Positions 7,097 to 16,932 of a DNA stretch of 47,436 bases are shown one piece after another; the first letter of the stretch is position 1, and each line of letters opens with the position of its first letter. The notes beneath the pieces are model-generated. The model made no database searches, was not told the DNA's origin, and worked only from the letters and a program-made list of their open reading frames with translations. The DNA comes from Candidatus Altarchaeum sp. (lineage in GTDB: Archaea; Altiarchaeota; Altiarchaeia; Altiarchaeales; Altiarchaeaceae), in assembly GCA_018260615.1 (NCBI GenBank), contig JAGWDQ010000084.1:1-47436 (forward strand), written 5' to 3'. Both the position numbers and the translations under genes were made by a program.

Positions 7097-9736
7097 TCAA
7101 TCTACATAATATCTTCTCCCATCATTATACTTTTCATAAGGCAATTTAACTTCATTAATATAGGTAATATTCTTTAAATCATTCATCTTCACCTTCTTGT
7201 CTGAGATCGTATACAAAACATCATCCATATAAAGTGACCTTTTAACAGAGTATGGCGAATCAAAATAATATCCGCTTTTCATAAGTACTTCCGGATCATC
7301 TATGTGCGTCACTCTGCCCCGTAATTTAAAACCTTTATCTAATGAAATATCGTAAATGTATGCTCCCTGAAATGTGAATTCACCCTCCATTCCTTTCCAG
7401 TCAGATGATTTTTTCTGGGCATCAGATATTTCTGCAAGTTTTATCGGAATAACGAGTAAATTTTTCTCTTTGTCAAATAAAAATGCCTTATGATCCTGTG
7501 TTGCCTCGGACTCAGTTCCGCGATCACCGATAACCACCTTGTACATTTCAACCGGATGCTCAATATCACTCACATCAAATAATGCAAGTTTTATTCCCTG
7601 AATGGCAGTGTAATAAACCGCATCACTGCTGTGCACTTTATCAGCATCAATACTCTCATCAACTTCCTTGCCAATTCCGATTAAATGATTTTCATCATAA
7701 GGATGCAGATAGTCAGAATAACCGGGTATTTTAAGTTTTCCCACAAGTGTCGGTTTTTCGGGATTTGACAAGTCAATCACAAACAAAGGATCTACTCGCT
7801 TAAATGTCACCATATATGCCTTTTTACCCATAAATCTTACCGAATAAATACTTTCTCCGGGTGCAATATCCTCAACTTTTCCGATAATTTTTAAATTTTC
7901 ATCCAAAACATAAATGTTATTTGCCTGCTTATCGTTACCTTTTTGCGTAGTTGTTGCTATCCTGAAATTTTTGTTGTACTCATCCATTGAAAACTGGTTG
8001 AGAATTGTTCCTGGAACGCTTCCGCTTGCTTTCGGAGTAATCCTTCCGTCTTTTATTCCAATCCGGTTAATTACCGTCTGCTCACCGGATTTTTCAAGGT
8101 CGTTTTGAATTTCCTGCATTTTATCGTTTATTTTCTTCTGAAAGTCCTGCATTTCTTGAGCGTCAAGATTTGCAAAATATTCTTTTATTACAAGGATTCG
8201 TTCAAATTTCTTAACATAGAAACTCTTGTTTGAGTTTTCTATTTCTTTTATTTCATCCTGCTTATCCTTAGGGAGATTAGGTATTACAACTTCGTCATAT
8301 ACCTTCTCCAAAATTTCCTGCCGGCTCATCCATTTTGTTCGTGTTACATATATATTTTCAGGCGAGACATATATATTTTGGGCATCACTCATAACAAGGA
8401 ACTTTTTGTTTGGTTTTGCATCTTTATCCTGTGTATCTACTGATAAAATAGTTGTGAAACGATAAGAGGTCTCATGAATATCCCAGTAATAAATTTCGGG
8501 GAAATTTTCATCGGTTTTTTTGCCATCCATTGTTACTTCCGGAAATTTAATGTCTTCCGTAATACATTTCATATCAACTTCGGCGCCTTTATAAATCCGG
8601 CATGGCTGATAATATATCGGTTCGTTAATTATCACATACACATAATCACCTATCATTCTTGAATCAAAATAATTTCCATCGGCACTTATTTCACGCTCAA
8701 TTTTCGGATTTTTCCGGTCTGAAATATCGTAAATCGCTATATTTGTCTTCGTCTGCGAGCCATAGTAGTATTCCTGACGCGAATTGTAATTGTATTCCTG
8801 CGTGAAAACAACCAGCTTGTCCTTGTTTATAAAAATTTCAGACGGGGTTTCGTTAAATTTAATTTCCGATAAAATTTTTGCATTTTTTGCAGGATATCCG
8901 TCAATTATAACAATTTTTTTGCCTGAAACGACATATATGTATTTTCCGTCATTTTTTACAATATCTGCCTCATCAACGCCTTTAACCTGAATGTTCGTTT
9001 GCGAAAATTCGGATGTGGAAGAACCTGCACCCGGATCAGATGTAGTGCCTGATGTGCCGGAGGGTGCTGACTCTTGAACAAACGCATTTTTTGTAGCCAT
9101 CATTCCATCAAAAACATCGCCACTTTCATTAGTTGTGTAACTCCTATAAAAACCAATTCCGCTTTCAGCAGAATATTTTATATAAGCGTTAAGATCTTCC
9201 TGCGAGGAAAATTTTTTCATAAATCCATCTCCCCCGGAAAAGGTATCGCCCGTGTAGTTGTATGCCTGATTTGTAGTGGTTGGGTTAATAAACGGCATCT
9301 GGCTTTGATTGAGTATATAAATTCCAAATCCCAAAACAATAATCCCTATCGCAAGTAAAGGCAGTAATGACTTTAAAGCAGAAATCGTATCCTCCTTCCT
9401 CATGCTTTTCGGTGCAATTACAATAAATTTTTCTTCGGGAGCATAAATTTTCATCTCAACATTTTTTTCGCTTTGCTTTGTTCCGATAATCTTTATTAAT
9501 CCGGTATCCTGTAATTTCTTTAAACTATATTCGCCGGTTGATAAAGCAATTTCCAGTTCCGCACAAATTTCCGTTAATGTCATCGGCTTATCCGAAAGCA
9601 GGGATAAAATTTTGCGTGCCGTATCATTTGCCAGAGCCAGTGAAATTTCCTTTGAATTGTCATCAAGTGGCATTACAATTATCTTTTTTCCTTTATCTTC
9701 TATCTCAATTTTACCATTATTTTTATGTTCGCTCAT
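7097..9736 (-). CDS. ArsR-like wHTH + transmembrane helix + extracellular beta-propeller fusion
   Basis: N-term LANDTARKILSLLSDKPMTLTEICAELEIALSTGEYSLKKL..GLI; TM LLPLLAIGIIVLGFGIYIL; paralogous propeller motifs TNIQVKGVDEADIVKNDG, KIPGYSDYLHP. Confidence 0.85.
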   Translation of the reverse strand: MSEHKNNGKIEIEDKGKKIIVMPLDDNSKEISLALANDTARKILSLLSDKPMTLTEICAELEIALSTGEYSLKKLQDTGLIKIIGTKQSEKNVEMKIYAPEEKFIVIAPKSMRKEDTISALKSLLPLLAIGIIVLGFGIYILNQSQMPFINPTTTNQAYNYTGDTFSGGDGFMKKFSSQEDLNAYIKYSAESGIGFYRSYTTNESGDVFDGMMATKNAFVQESAPSGTSGTTSDPGAGSSTSEFSQTNIQVKGVDEADIVKNDGKYIYVVSGKKIVIIDGYPAKNAKILSEIKFNETPSEIFINKDKLVVFTQEYNYNSRQEYYYGSQTKTNIAIYDISDRKNPKIEREISADGNYFDSRMIGDYVYVIINEPIYYQPCRIYKGAEVDMKCITEDIKFPEVTMDGKKTDENFPEIYYWDIHETSYRFTTILSVDTQDKDAKPNKKFLVMSDAQNIYVSPENIYVTRTKWMSRQEILEKVYDEVVIPNLPKDKQDEIKEIENSNKSFYVKKFERILVIKEYFANLDAQEMQDFQKKINDKMQEIQNDLEKSGEQTVINRIGIKDGRITPKASGSVPGTILNQFSMDEYNKNFRIATTTQKGNDKQANNIYVLDENLKIIGKVEDIAPGESIYSVRFMGKKAYMVTFKRVDPLFVIDLSNPEKPTLVGKLKIPGYSDYLHPYDENHLIGIGKEVDESIDADKVHSSDAVYYTAIQGIKLALFDVSDIEHPVEMYKVVIGDRGTESEATQDHKAFLFDKEKNLLVIPIKLAEISDAQKKSSDWKGMEGEFTFQGAYIYDISLDKGFKLRGRVTHIDDPEVLMKSGYYFDSPYSVKRSLYMDDVLYTISDKKVKMNDLKNITYINEVKLPYEKYNDGRRYYVD

Positions 9737-9790
9737 TTTGGATTGTTAAAATATAGATTGTTAAAATTTTAAATTTTTAAATATGTAATA

Positions 9791-9842
9791 TAAATTTACC
9801 AAATTTCTATAAATATTATATTCGGATAAATTTGAACCTATC
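9791..9842. repeat. 52-bp repeat R (copies 9791-9842, 10081-10132, 12219-12270), probable promoter/operator
   Basis: TAAATTTAYCAAA...TATAAATA.TA.AT.CG.ATAAATTTGAAC.TATC present three times, each just upstream of a minus-strand gene or leader. Confidence 0.55.
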
Positions 9843-10040
9843 GCCTTCAAATTTTGTTAATTCCGCACAAATTTCAGTTAATGTCATCGGCTTATCCGAA
9901 AGCAGGGATAAAATTTTGCGTGCCGTATCGTTTGCCAGAGCCAGTGAAATTTCCTTTGAATTATCATCAAGTGGCATCACAATTATCTTTTTTCCTTTGT
10001 CTTCCATCTCAAATTTTCCGTTATTTTTTGTTTGGCTCAT
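9816..10040 (-). pseudogene. Truncated duplicate of the HTH N-terminus of the 7097-9736 gene
   Basis: Near-identical to the first ~60 codons of 9736 up to 'EICAEL', then runs into a non-coding repeat. Confidence 0.75.
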
Positions 10041-10202
10041 TTTGGATTGTTAAAATTTGGTTAAATTTTTAAATTTTATATAAATTTATCAAAAGAGTAT
10101 AAATAATATATTCGGATAAATTTGAACATATCACAGTCAAATCTTGTTAATTCTGCACAAATTTCCTTTAATGTCAAATACAAAACCAACAATTACAATA
10201 TT

Positions 10203-11999
10203 TTAATAACATTTCATTTCTTCCTCAACACATTCTACTTTGCCATTTCCATAAGGTTCTTCCTCTGGCAAAATTTTTGTTATTATTACTTTAATTCTAT
10301 CAAGATCTTTTTCATCAAATTTATCTGAAAATTTGAATATTAAAGTGTAGTTTTTAGTGTCCTCGCATCCATCAAAATAAATTTTTTCGTAATGAAGAGC
10401 AAGCATTATTTTGAATATACTTGAAAAAGAAATACCTTTGTTAAGTAAAGTTTTAATTACATACTTATCCATTTTATCTCTGCTTTTTAATCCAAGATTA
10501 TAAAATTCGGATAAATTGCACGGAGATAATATTCCGTAAATTATAGTTTCGTTTATGGTTTCGTTTTTCTCTTTTGTTATGTTCTTTGTTATCAGAAAAG
10601 AAAAGAATCTTATATTTTCTCCTCCTTCCAGTCTTATTTTTAAAGTATTATTTTCACAACTCTCATTTTCAATACCTTTTTTAATTTCCCAGTCAATTGT
10701 TTTATTTTCAAGATTTATTTTTCCCTCTTTTCCGTTGTCTGAATATTCAAAACAAATATGAGAATCTTTTGTATAAAACGCATCAATATATTGCTCTGGA
10801 TTTTCAAATTCATAAATTTTTATTTCTCCGCTTTCATTTTTTACTTCAAATTTGCTTATATCTGTAAATTCAATTATATAAGATACATATTCGCCGCTAT
10901 ACTTGCTATACTCCTCATATTTCATCAATTCCTCATCTCGCTTTATATTTGTCACTAAATAATCTACTATAACGCCATTATTATATTTAACCCTTATAAA
11001 CGATGTGTTGTTACCTAAAGGTGATATTTTAATTATTTCACATTTTGAAAAACCTAAAGAATTTAAAATTTCTTTGTCAGCAATTTTGGAGAGATTGATT
11101 AAAGGTTTAACTATTCCTGTTCTAGGATGTTTTAATACTGCTTCATTTCCCTGCAACCCGATCATTACCGTGTGTAGTAAGGCGTGTCGTGAGTTATTTT
11201 CATTTTCTATATTCGGCACTATAAAAAGACTTTCATTATCATTGTCTTTTAAAAATTTCACATTCATCAGTAAGTTAATATAATCCAAAATTTTTTTCTT
11301 GTCATTTTCATCAAAATTCCATTTAAATGAAAATTTGGGTCTTTCTTTTATATGCTCGGGTTTTGAGGAATAAAAAGTGTCTAAATACCAACTTACATCG
11401 TCATTTTTGTTCGTACAAAGGCGCTGAAGGGAAATTCTATATAAATTTTCCACACTTTCATTTAATAACTGATAATGCCCCCTTTCCACATCTTCATATT
11501 TTTTCAAAGGGAACTCAAATATATTAATCTCATATGCATTGATAGAATTATCTATATTTATTGCTTCAAGAGGAATTCCATAAGATGATATTGCTCGTGC
11601 CCCTTTACATCCATACTCTCTGGGAGCAGATAATCCGTCTGGAACATTGACCCATGAAAAATATGAATTGTTTCCATATGTTGACCATGCAAATTCATCA
11701 ATTCCTATAATTCCGACACCTCCCGTGCGAACGCTTTCTTTACTGCTCAATAAATCAATACAACGGGTATAATTGTAATTTTTCGCTACAATTTTATTTT
11801 CTTCTACAGTTATGTTTTCTATGCCATTTGCACTTGGTTCTTTCACAGGTTTTGCATTATTGTCATCTCCTTGAGCATTCGCAACTGCAAATACTACTCC
11901 AACTACAAGTGCTATTAGCACTCCTGCTATTACTATCTGCCCAAACCATTTCAACCGCTCTTTCATGAGCGTGGCGGTATTTTTTATCGTATTTGTCAT
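10203..11999 (-). CDS. Secreted or membrane-anchored hypothetical protein
   Basis: 598-aa ORF with N-terminal hydrophobic segment ending AVANA; no family recognised. Confidence 0.6.
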   Translation of the reverse strand: MTNTIKNTATLMKERLKWFGQIVIAGVLIALVVGVVFAVANAQGDDNNAKPVKEPSANGIENITVEENKIVAKNYNYTRCIDLLSSKESVRTGGVGIIGIDEFAWSTYGNNSYFSWVNVPDGLSAPREYGCKGARAISSYGIPLEAINIDNSINAYEINIFEFPLKKYEDVERGHYQLLNESVENLYRISLQRLCTNKNDDVSWYLDTFYSSKPEHIKERPKFSFKWNFDENDKKKILDYINLLMNVKFLKDNDNESLFIVPNIENENNSRHALLHTVMIGLQGNEAVLKHPRTGIVKPLINLSKIADKEILNSLGFSKCEIIKISPLGNNTSFIRVKYNNGVIVDYLVTNIKRDEELMKYEEYSKYSGEYVSYIIEFTDISKFEVKNESGEIKIYEFENPEQYIDAFYTKDSHICFEYSDNGKEGKINLENKTIDWEIKKGIENESCENNTLKIRLEGGENIRFFSFLITKNITKEKNETINETIIYGILSPCNLSEFYNLGLKSRDKMDKYVIKTLLNKGISFSSIFKIMLALHYEKIYFDGCEDTKNYTLIFKFSDKFDEKDLDRIKVIITKILPEEEPYGNGKVECVEEEMKCY

Positions 12000-12074
12000 A
12001 TTTGTTTTGTTTAATATTTGTTTATTTTTAAATTTTTATTCTAATTTATTTCAACATTCTGTCGGGATCCCCTA

Positions 12075-12145
12075 TGGGTTCTCTCTTCATGAAGTTAATC
12101 CCCTTTGTATTTAACCCGCCAAAACTCCATGAATCACCGAACCCA
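12075..12145 (-). ncRNA. Structured 5' leader hairpin with a K-turn-like tandem G-A core
   Basis: Minus strand UGGGUUC-GGUGA-UUCAUGGAGUU...AACUUCAUGAA-GAGA-GAACCCA; 7-bp plus 11-bp helices; the G-U pair favours this strand. Confidence 0.5.
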
Positions 12146-12325
12146 AACATAATTTTTGCCGTTTTTGTTATCACCTTTTTAAAGTTTTTTAAAATTTTAA
12201 ATTTCCAAACTTCAGAAATAAATTTACCAAATTTCTATAAATAATACATACGAATAAATTTGAACATATCCCCTGTTTTAAAATATCCTTTTGAAAATTA
12301 AATTTTAAACATTTTCTTAAATACA

Positions 12326-13405
12326 ATGCATAAGACAATAGTAATTGGCGGTGTAATCGGCGCTTACGGAGCAAAATTTTTGGCAGAAAATAACGAGGTT
12401 GCACTTATTGAGGAGCATAAAAACGAAGAGCAGCCGGTTCATTGTGCGGGCCTGATAAGTAAAAGCGGATTTGAGCGGCTTAACATAAATCCCGATAAAT
12501 TTATCCTCAACAAAATCAGAGGTGCAAAATTTTTCTCTCAAAATACATCTTTTGAAATCAGAACAAACGAGACAAAGGCGTATGTTATAGACAGAAAGAG
12601 GTTTGACAATGAGCTTCTCAACTCTGCGATTGACAGCGGTGTCCGGTTTATCAATGAAAGAGCAACTGACATCAATGCCGGAGAAAATTGGACAGTCAGG
12701 ACAAAAAGCAGCGAGTTTAATGCAAAAAATTTAATTCTGGCAACGGGAGCAAATTATAAACTACACAGGATGTTAAATCTCCCCATTCCGAAATTTTTAA
12801 ATGCACTGCAATATGAAATTTTTGCTGAATGCGAGCAGGATATGGTTGAGTTGCATCTGACGAAGGACTTCTTTGCGTGGCTCATTCCCGTTGATGGTTA
12901 TGCAAGGGTTGGAATTGCGGGTTATGGAAATGTCAGGGAAAATCTGGACAATTTTATTACAAATTTAAGAGCGCATAGAAAAGTCGGGGAAATTTTAATG
13001 AAACATGCAGGGTTAATTCCGATATATGATCCAAAATTTAAAACGGACTATAAATTTAGCGATTTAAATTTACGATTAGTCGGCGATGCGGCAGCACAGG
13101 TTAAGGCAACAACAGGAGGAGGCGTTGTAATGGGATGTCTGGCGGCGAGGCACTTGGCGGACAAAAATTATGAAAATGGCTGGAGAAAAGATATTGGGAA
13201 TGAACTTTATCTGCATTTAATGATACGAAAATTTTTAAACAAAAGATACAAAAAATTTGATGACATGCTCGCATTTGCAAATAAACATAAGGAAATTTTC
13301 TATTCGGGAGATATGGATTTCGCATCTAAACTTTTTAAAAATTTGGGACTTGAATTTGTCAGGCATCCGCTGATGGCAACAGATGTATTTAAAATTTTGT
13401 TTTGA
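12326..13405 (+). CDS. Geranylgeranyl reductase family FAD oxidoreductase
   Basis: CAGLIS, DRKRFDNEL, FFAWLIP...ARVG, LVGDAAAQVKATTGGGV. Confidence 0.85.
   Translation: MHKTIVIGGVIGAYGAKFLAENNEVALIEEHKNEEQPVHCAGLISKSGFERLNINPDKFILNKIRGAKFFSQNTSFEIRTNETKAYVIDRKRFDNELLNSAIDSGVRFINERATDINAGENWTVRTKSSEFNAKNLILATGANYKLHRMLNLPIPKFLNALQYEIFAECEQDMVELHLTKDFFAWLIPVDGYARVGIAGYGNVRENLDNFITNLRAHRKVGEILMKHAGLIPIYDPKFKTDYKFSDLNLRLVGDAAAQVKATTGGGVVMGCLAARHLADKNYENGWRKDIGNELYLHLMIRKFLNKRYKKFDDMLAFANKHKEIFYSGDMDFASKLFKNLGLEFVRHPLMATDVFKILF
13351..13403 (+). repeat. 53-bp direct repeat, left copy (3' end of GGR gene)
   Basis: 51/53 identical to 14223-14275; the pair brackets a TA module. Confidence 0.85.
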
Positions 13406-13469
13406 AATTTAATTTATTTATTATAAAATTTTTAAATGAACATATTATAAAATTTCAAATTTTGTTAAA

Positions 13470-13709
13470 GTGGAAACAGTAACAATAAATATTCCAAAAG
13501 ATTTGGAGATAGTGCTTAACAGCATAGTAGAAAAGTTCGGATTTAAAAGCAAACAGGAGTTTGTTGAAGCCGCAACAAAAGAGAAGGTTTTGGAAATGAA
13601 AAAGCGACTTTTTTTTGAGATAAGCGACGAGATCGCGGAGGGGTTGAGGAAAAGGGGAATAAGTGAAGAAGAAATTTTGGAGGAATTTGAAAAAACGAGG
13701 CGAAAATGA
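13470..13709 (+). CDS. Putative antitoxin (RHH/CopG-like)
   Basis: VTINIPKDL...SKQEFVEAA pattern; overlaps PIN gene by 4 nt. Confidence 0.6.
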   Translation: METVTINIPKDLEIVLNSIVEKFGFKSKQEFVEAATKEKVLEMKKRLFFEISDEIAEGLRKRGISEEEILEEFEKTRRK

Positions 13710-14113
13710 AGGTGTGTGTTGATGCGAATGTGATTATTTCTGCCCTGATCGGAGGAGTGACGAGAGAGATACTGTTTGATCCGAAATTTGAGTTCATATC
13801 AACGGAATTTACGATAAATGAAGTAAGAAAATACATGCCTTTGATTGCTGAAAAATCCCGAGCCAGCGTAAAGAAAGCCAAAATAGCTCTTTCCGTGCTG
13901 CCCATAAATATTTACAAAAGAGAACATTATTCAGGCAAAATTGAAGAGGCAAATAGAATAATAGGTAAAATCGATGAAAATGACGTGGATATCCTGGCGT
14001 TAGCATTAAAATTCGGATGTTATTTGTGGAGTAATGACAAACATTTTGATTGTATTCCGGAGAATATCAAAACGAGATGTATCAAAACAAAGGAAATTAT
14101 CGCTTTTGGATGA
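13706..14113 (+). CDS. PIN-domain (VapC-like) toxin
   Basis: VDANVIISAL, E, DENDVDILALAL...LWSNDKHF acidic tetrad. Confidence 0.85.
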   Translation: MKVCVDANVIISALIGGVTREILFDPKFEFISTEFTINEVRKYMPLIAEKSRASVKKAKIALSVLPINIYKREHYSGKIEEANRIIGKIDENDVDILALALKFGCYLWSNDKHFDCIPENIKTRCIKTKEIIAFG

Positions 14114-14222
14114 CTGAATAATGGCAAATAAAATATGGAATAATTTTTACGAATTTTGTTTTGAAATCACAATTCATCACAAATTTTAAAATTTAACTTA
14201 AAAATTTAATAAATTTAACCGC

Positions 14223-14275
14223 TGAATTTGTCAGGCATCCGTTAATGGCAACAGATGTATTTAAAATTTTGTTTT
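14223..14275 (+). repeat. 53-bp direct repeat, right copy
   Basis: Duplicate of GGR 3' end 13351-13403. Confidence 0.85.
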
Positions 14276-14344
14276 AATTTTGTTTTAGGATTTAAATTTA
14301 TTATGTAAATTTTAAAATTTAATATTAATATATGTATTGACAAA

Positions 14345-14584
14345 ATGACAATTAATGTATATGGAAATGTTACATTGGAAAGAGTTAAAAAAGAGATTGA
14401 AAACATGCTGCCCGAAGAACAATTGAATTTGATAGACATACTTATCCATAAATTAATATCGCAGAGAGTTGTCAGAAAGAAAACAACCGTGAATATTGCT
14501 GATTTTTATGGGTTATGCAGAGGTATGTGGAATAATGAAGATGCTCAGGAATATGTTAATAAATTAAGAGAAGAAAGAATATGA
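14345..14584 (+). CDS. Putative antitoxin (VapB-like)
   Basis: Small ORF with 'DFYGLCRGMW..EDAQEYVNKLREE' end; ATGA overlap with PIN gene. Confidence 0.6.
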   Translation: MTINVYGNVTLERVKKEIENMLPEEQLNLIDILIHKLISQRVVRKKTTVNIADFYGLCRGMWNNEDAQEYVNKLREERI

Positions 14585-15048
14585 ATAATGTGGCTAATTT
14601 ATCAGAAGACCTTGAACAAATTAAAACAATATTCTTTGACACAGCACCAATAATCTATTATATTGAGGCAAATCCAATATTCGGACATCTTGCAAAAGAA
14701 GTTATGGATAAAGTACAGTCAGGAGAGTTAATCGCCTTTTCATCAGTTATAACTCTCACAGAGGTTTTACCTAAACCCATCAATATGGGAAAGAAAGATC
14801 TTGCAGACAGGTTTGTAAAATTTTTGAAAAACGGGAAAAATTTTAATCTTATGGAAATTTCAGTTAACATAGGAGAAAAAGCAGGACGCCTGAGAGGAAA
14901 ATATCCTGCCCTTAGAAGTATGGATGCAATCCAAATTTCTGCAGCTCTAAATGCTAAAGCTGATATATTTCTTACTAACGATAACAAACTTAAACAAATA
15001 AAGGAAATCAAAGTTATTGTCTTAAAAGATTATTTAAAAAACGAATAA
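14581..15048 (+). CDS. vapC: PIN-domain VapC toxin
   Basis: FFDTAPIIYY, TLTEV, LRSMDAIQISAA...FLTNDNKL. Confidence 0.85.
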   Translation: MNNVANLSEDLEQIKTIFFDTAPIIYYIEANPIFGHLAKEVMDKVQSGELIAFSSVITLTEVLPKPINMGKKDLADRFVKFLKNGKNFNLMEISVNIGEKAGRLRGKYPALRSMDAIQISAALNAKADIFLTNDNKLKQIKEIKVIVLKDYLKNE

Positions 15049-15135
15049 TTTTGGTAACTATTCAGCAACCCCTTAAAATACATGTTTTAATAAATTTAAA
15101 ATTTAATCCTAATTTAATAAATGTAAAAATTTAAA

Positions 15136-16548
15136 ATGAGTAATTACGAAATTTATGTATCGGACTACAACTTTGCCGATGAGGTTAAAAAAGAGCAAAA
15201 TATAAAAAATGTCCAAATTTGCGACACAACTTTGCGTGACGGAGAACAAACCGCAGGCGTTCTGTTTTCGCTTGAAGAAAAGGTTGAAATTGCCAAAGCC
15301 CTTGCTGAACTTGGTGTTGAGCAGATTGAAGCAGGGATTCCCGTTGTTTCACAAAGTGATATTGATGCAATAAAAGCAATTGTTAAGGAAAAAGAAGAAA
15401 GAAATTTAAAGGTAAGCATTATGGGCTGGAGCAGGGCAAACAAAAATGATATTGATAAAGTAATTGAAACCGGCTGTGATGCAATTGCCATAAGTTTGGC
15501 AACATCAAATATTCATTTAGAGTATAAACTTCATAAGACAAAAGAGGAAATTTTAAACATGGCTGCCGAAGCGGTAAGTTATGCACACTCCCATGGATTA
15601 TACATTTCATTTAATGCAGAGGACGGCAGCAGAACCGACTACGACTTTCTTATTGAATATATAAAGACCTGCAAAAATGCGGGAGGCAACCGACTGCGAC
15701 TTTGTGATACCGTCTCGGCGTTAAATCCGACAGCGACAAAATTTTTGATAAAAAATCTCAAAGAAAATACAGGGATTCCGATAGAGATTCATGCACATAA
15801 TGATTACGGACTGGCTGTTGCAAATTCGCTTGCGGCAATTGAAGCGGGAGCGGAATATGTTTCAACAACTGTGGATGGAATCGGCGAAAGGAGCGGAAAT
15901 GCGTCACTTGAACAGCTCATAATGTCTTTAAGATGCCTGTATAGAACTGATTCAAAATATAAAACGGAAAATTTAAAAAAAATTTCAGAGTATGTTGAAA
16001 AGGCATCAAAAATAAAGGTCTCGCAAATGCTGCCTATTGTTGGGGAGAATGCTTTCAGGCATGAGTCGGGAATACATGTTGACGGACTGCTTAAATTTCC
16101 ATTTACTTATCAGACATATCCGCCCGAGATGGTCGGACAAAAGATGAAACTGATTGTCGGGAAGATGTCCGGAAAGAGTGCAATAAAAGGAAAACTTGAT
16201 GAATATAAAATCAAAGCAGGCGAAACTGACATAGATGAAATTTTAAAGATGGTCAAAATTGCTGCTGAAAGACGAAAATCTGCCTTACTTGATGAAGAAT
16301 TTATTGAAATTGTAGATAATGTTATGAAAAAAGAGGCATTTATATTGGTCGAAGTGCTTCCAAAAGAAAGGCTGAGGGTTTATGACGAAATCGGGGAAAT
16401 TTCAGATATTGAAGCTTATAAGGTTGCGGGGGATGTGGATATTATAGTGAAGACAACACAAAAGAGTGCAGACACTATTGTCGGGAAAATTAATGAAATT
16501 GATGGGGTAACAAAGACGACAACTTATGAAGTAGTTAAACGACTGTAA
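15136..16548 (+). CDS. Homocitrate synthase/LeuA-family (DRE-TIM) enzyme with C-terminal Lrp/AsnC (RAM) domain
   Basis: DTTLRDGEQ, HAHNDYGLAVANS, GIGERSGNA, HESGIHVDG; C-term AFILVEV...VAGDVDIIVK...GVTKTTT. Confidence 0.8.
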   Translation: MSNYEIYVSDYNFADEVKKEQNIKNVQICDTTLRDGEQTAGVLFSLEEKVEIAKALAELGVEQIEAGIPVVSQSDIDAIKAIVKEKEERNLKVSIMGWSRANKNDIDKVIETGCDAIAISLATSNIHLEYKLHKTKEEILNMAAEAVSYAHSHGLYISFNAEDGSRTDYDFLIEYIKTCKNAGGNRLRLCDTVSALNPTATKFLIKNLKENTGIPIEIHAHNDYGLAVANSLAAIEAGAEYVSTTVDGIGERSGNASLEQLIMSLRCLYRTDSKYKTENLKKISEYVEKASKIKVSQMLPIVGENAFRHESGIHVDGLLKFPFTYQTYPPEMVGQKMKLIVGKMSGKSAIKGKLDEYKIKAGETDIDEILKMVKIAAERRKSALLDEEFIEIVDNVMKKEAFILVEVLPKERLRVYDEIGEISDIEAYKVAGDVDIIVKTTQKSADTIVGKINEIDGVTKTTTYEVVKRL

Positions 16549-16644
16549 ATAGACCTTTTCTTCATAAAAGAAAGGCACTGTGGAAAAGAAAAAATTGAAT
16601 CATTTAAAATTTAATTTCGCAGAGTAAATTTAATAATAAATTTT

Positions 16645-16785
16645 GTAACTGTTCAGAGGGTGCAAAAATTTACCTGTGAAAATTTCAAAAAATACAATTT
16701 TCAGACTTGTCTGAAAATACACGAACGAAGTGAGCGTAAAAAACAAAAAATTTACCTGTGATTTTTTGGGTGGCTGAATAGTTAC
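16645..16785. mobile_element. MITE with ~12-bp TIR and 8-bp target duplication
   Basis: GTAACTGTTCAG...CTGAATAGTTAC flanked by TAAATTTT on both sides; inverted relative at 46814-46960. Confidence 0.8.
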
Positions 16786-16932
16786 TAAATTTTAATATAA
16801 ATTTAATAATACAAACACATAAAATTTAATAAATTTAAAATAAGTTCGTTTCACTCTCATATTTAAAATTTAAAATAATTTAAAATAATTTCACTTCGTT
16901 CAAATATTTCAAAAATTTATAAAATTTTTAAA

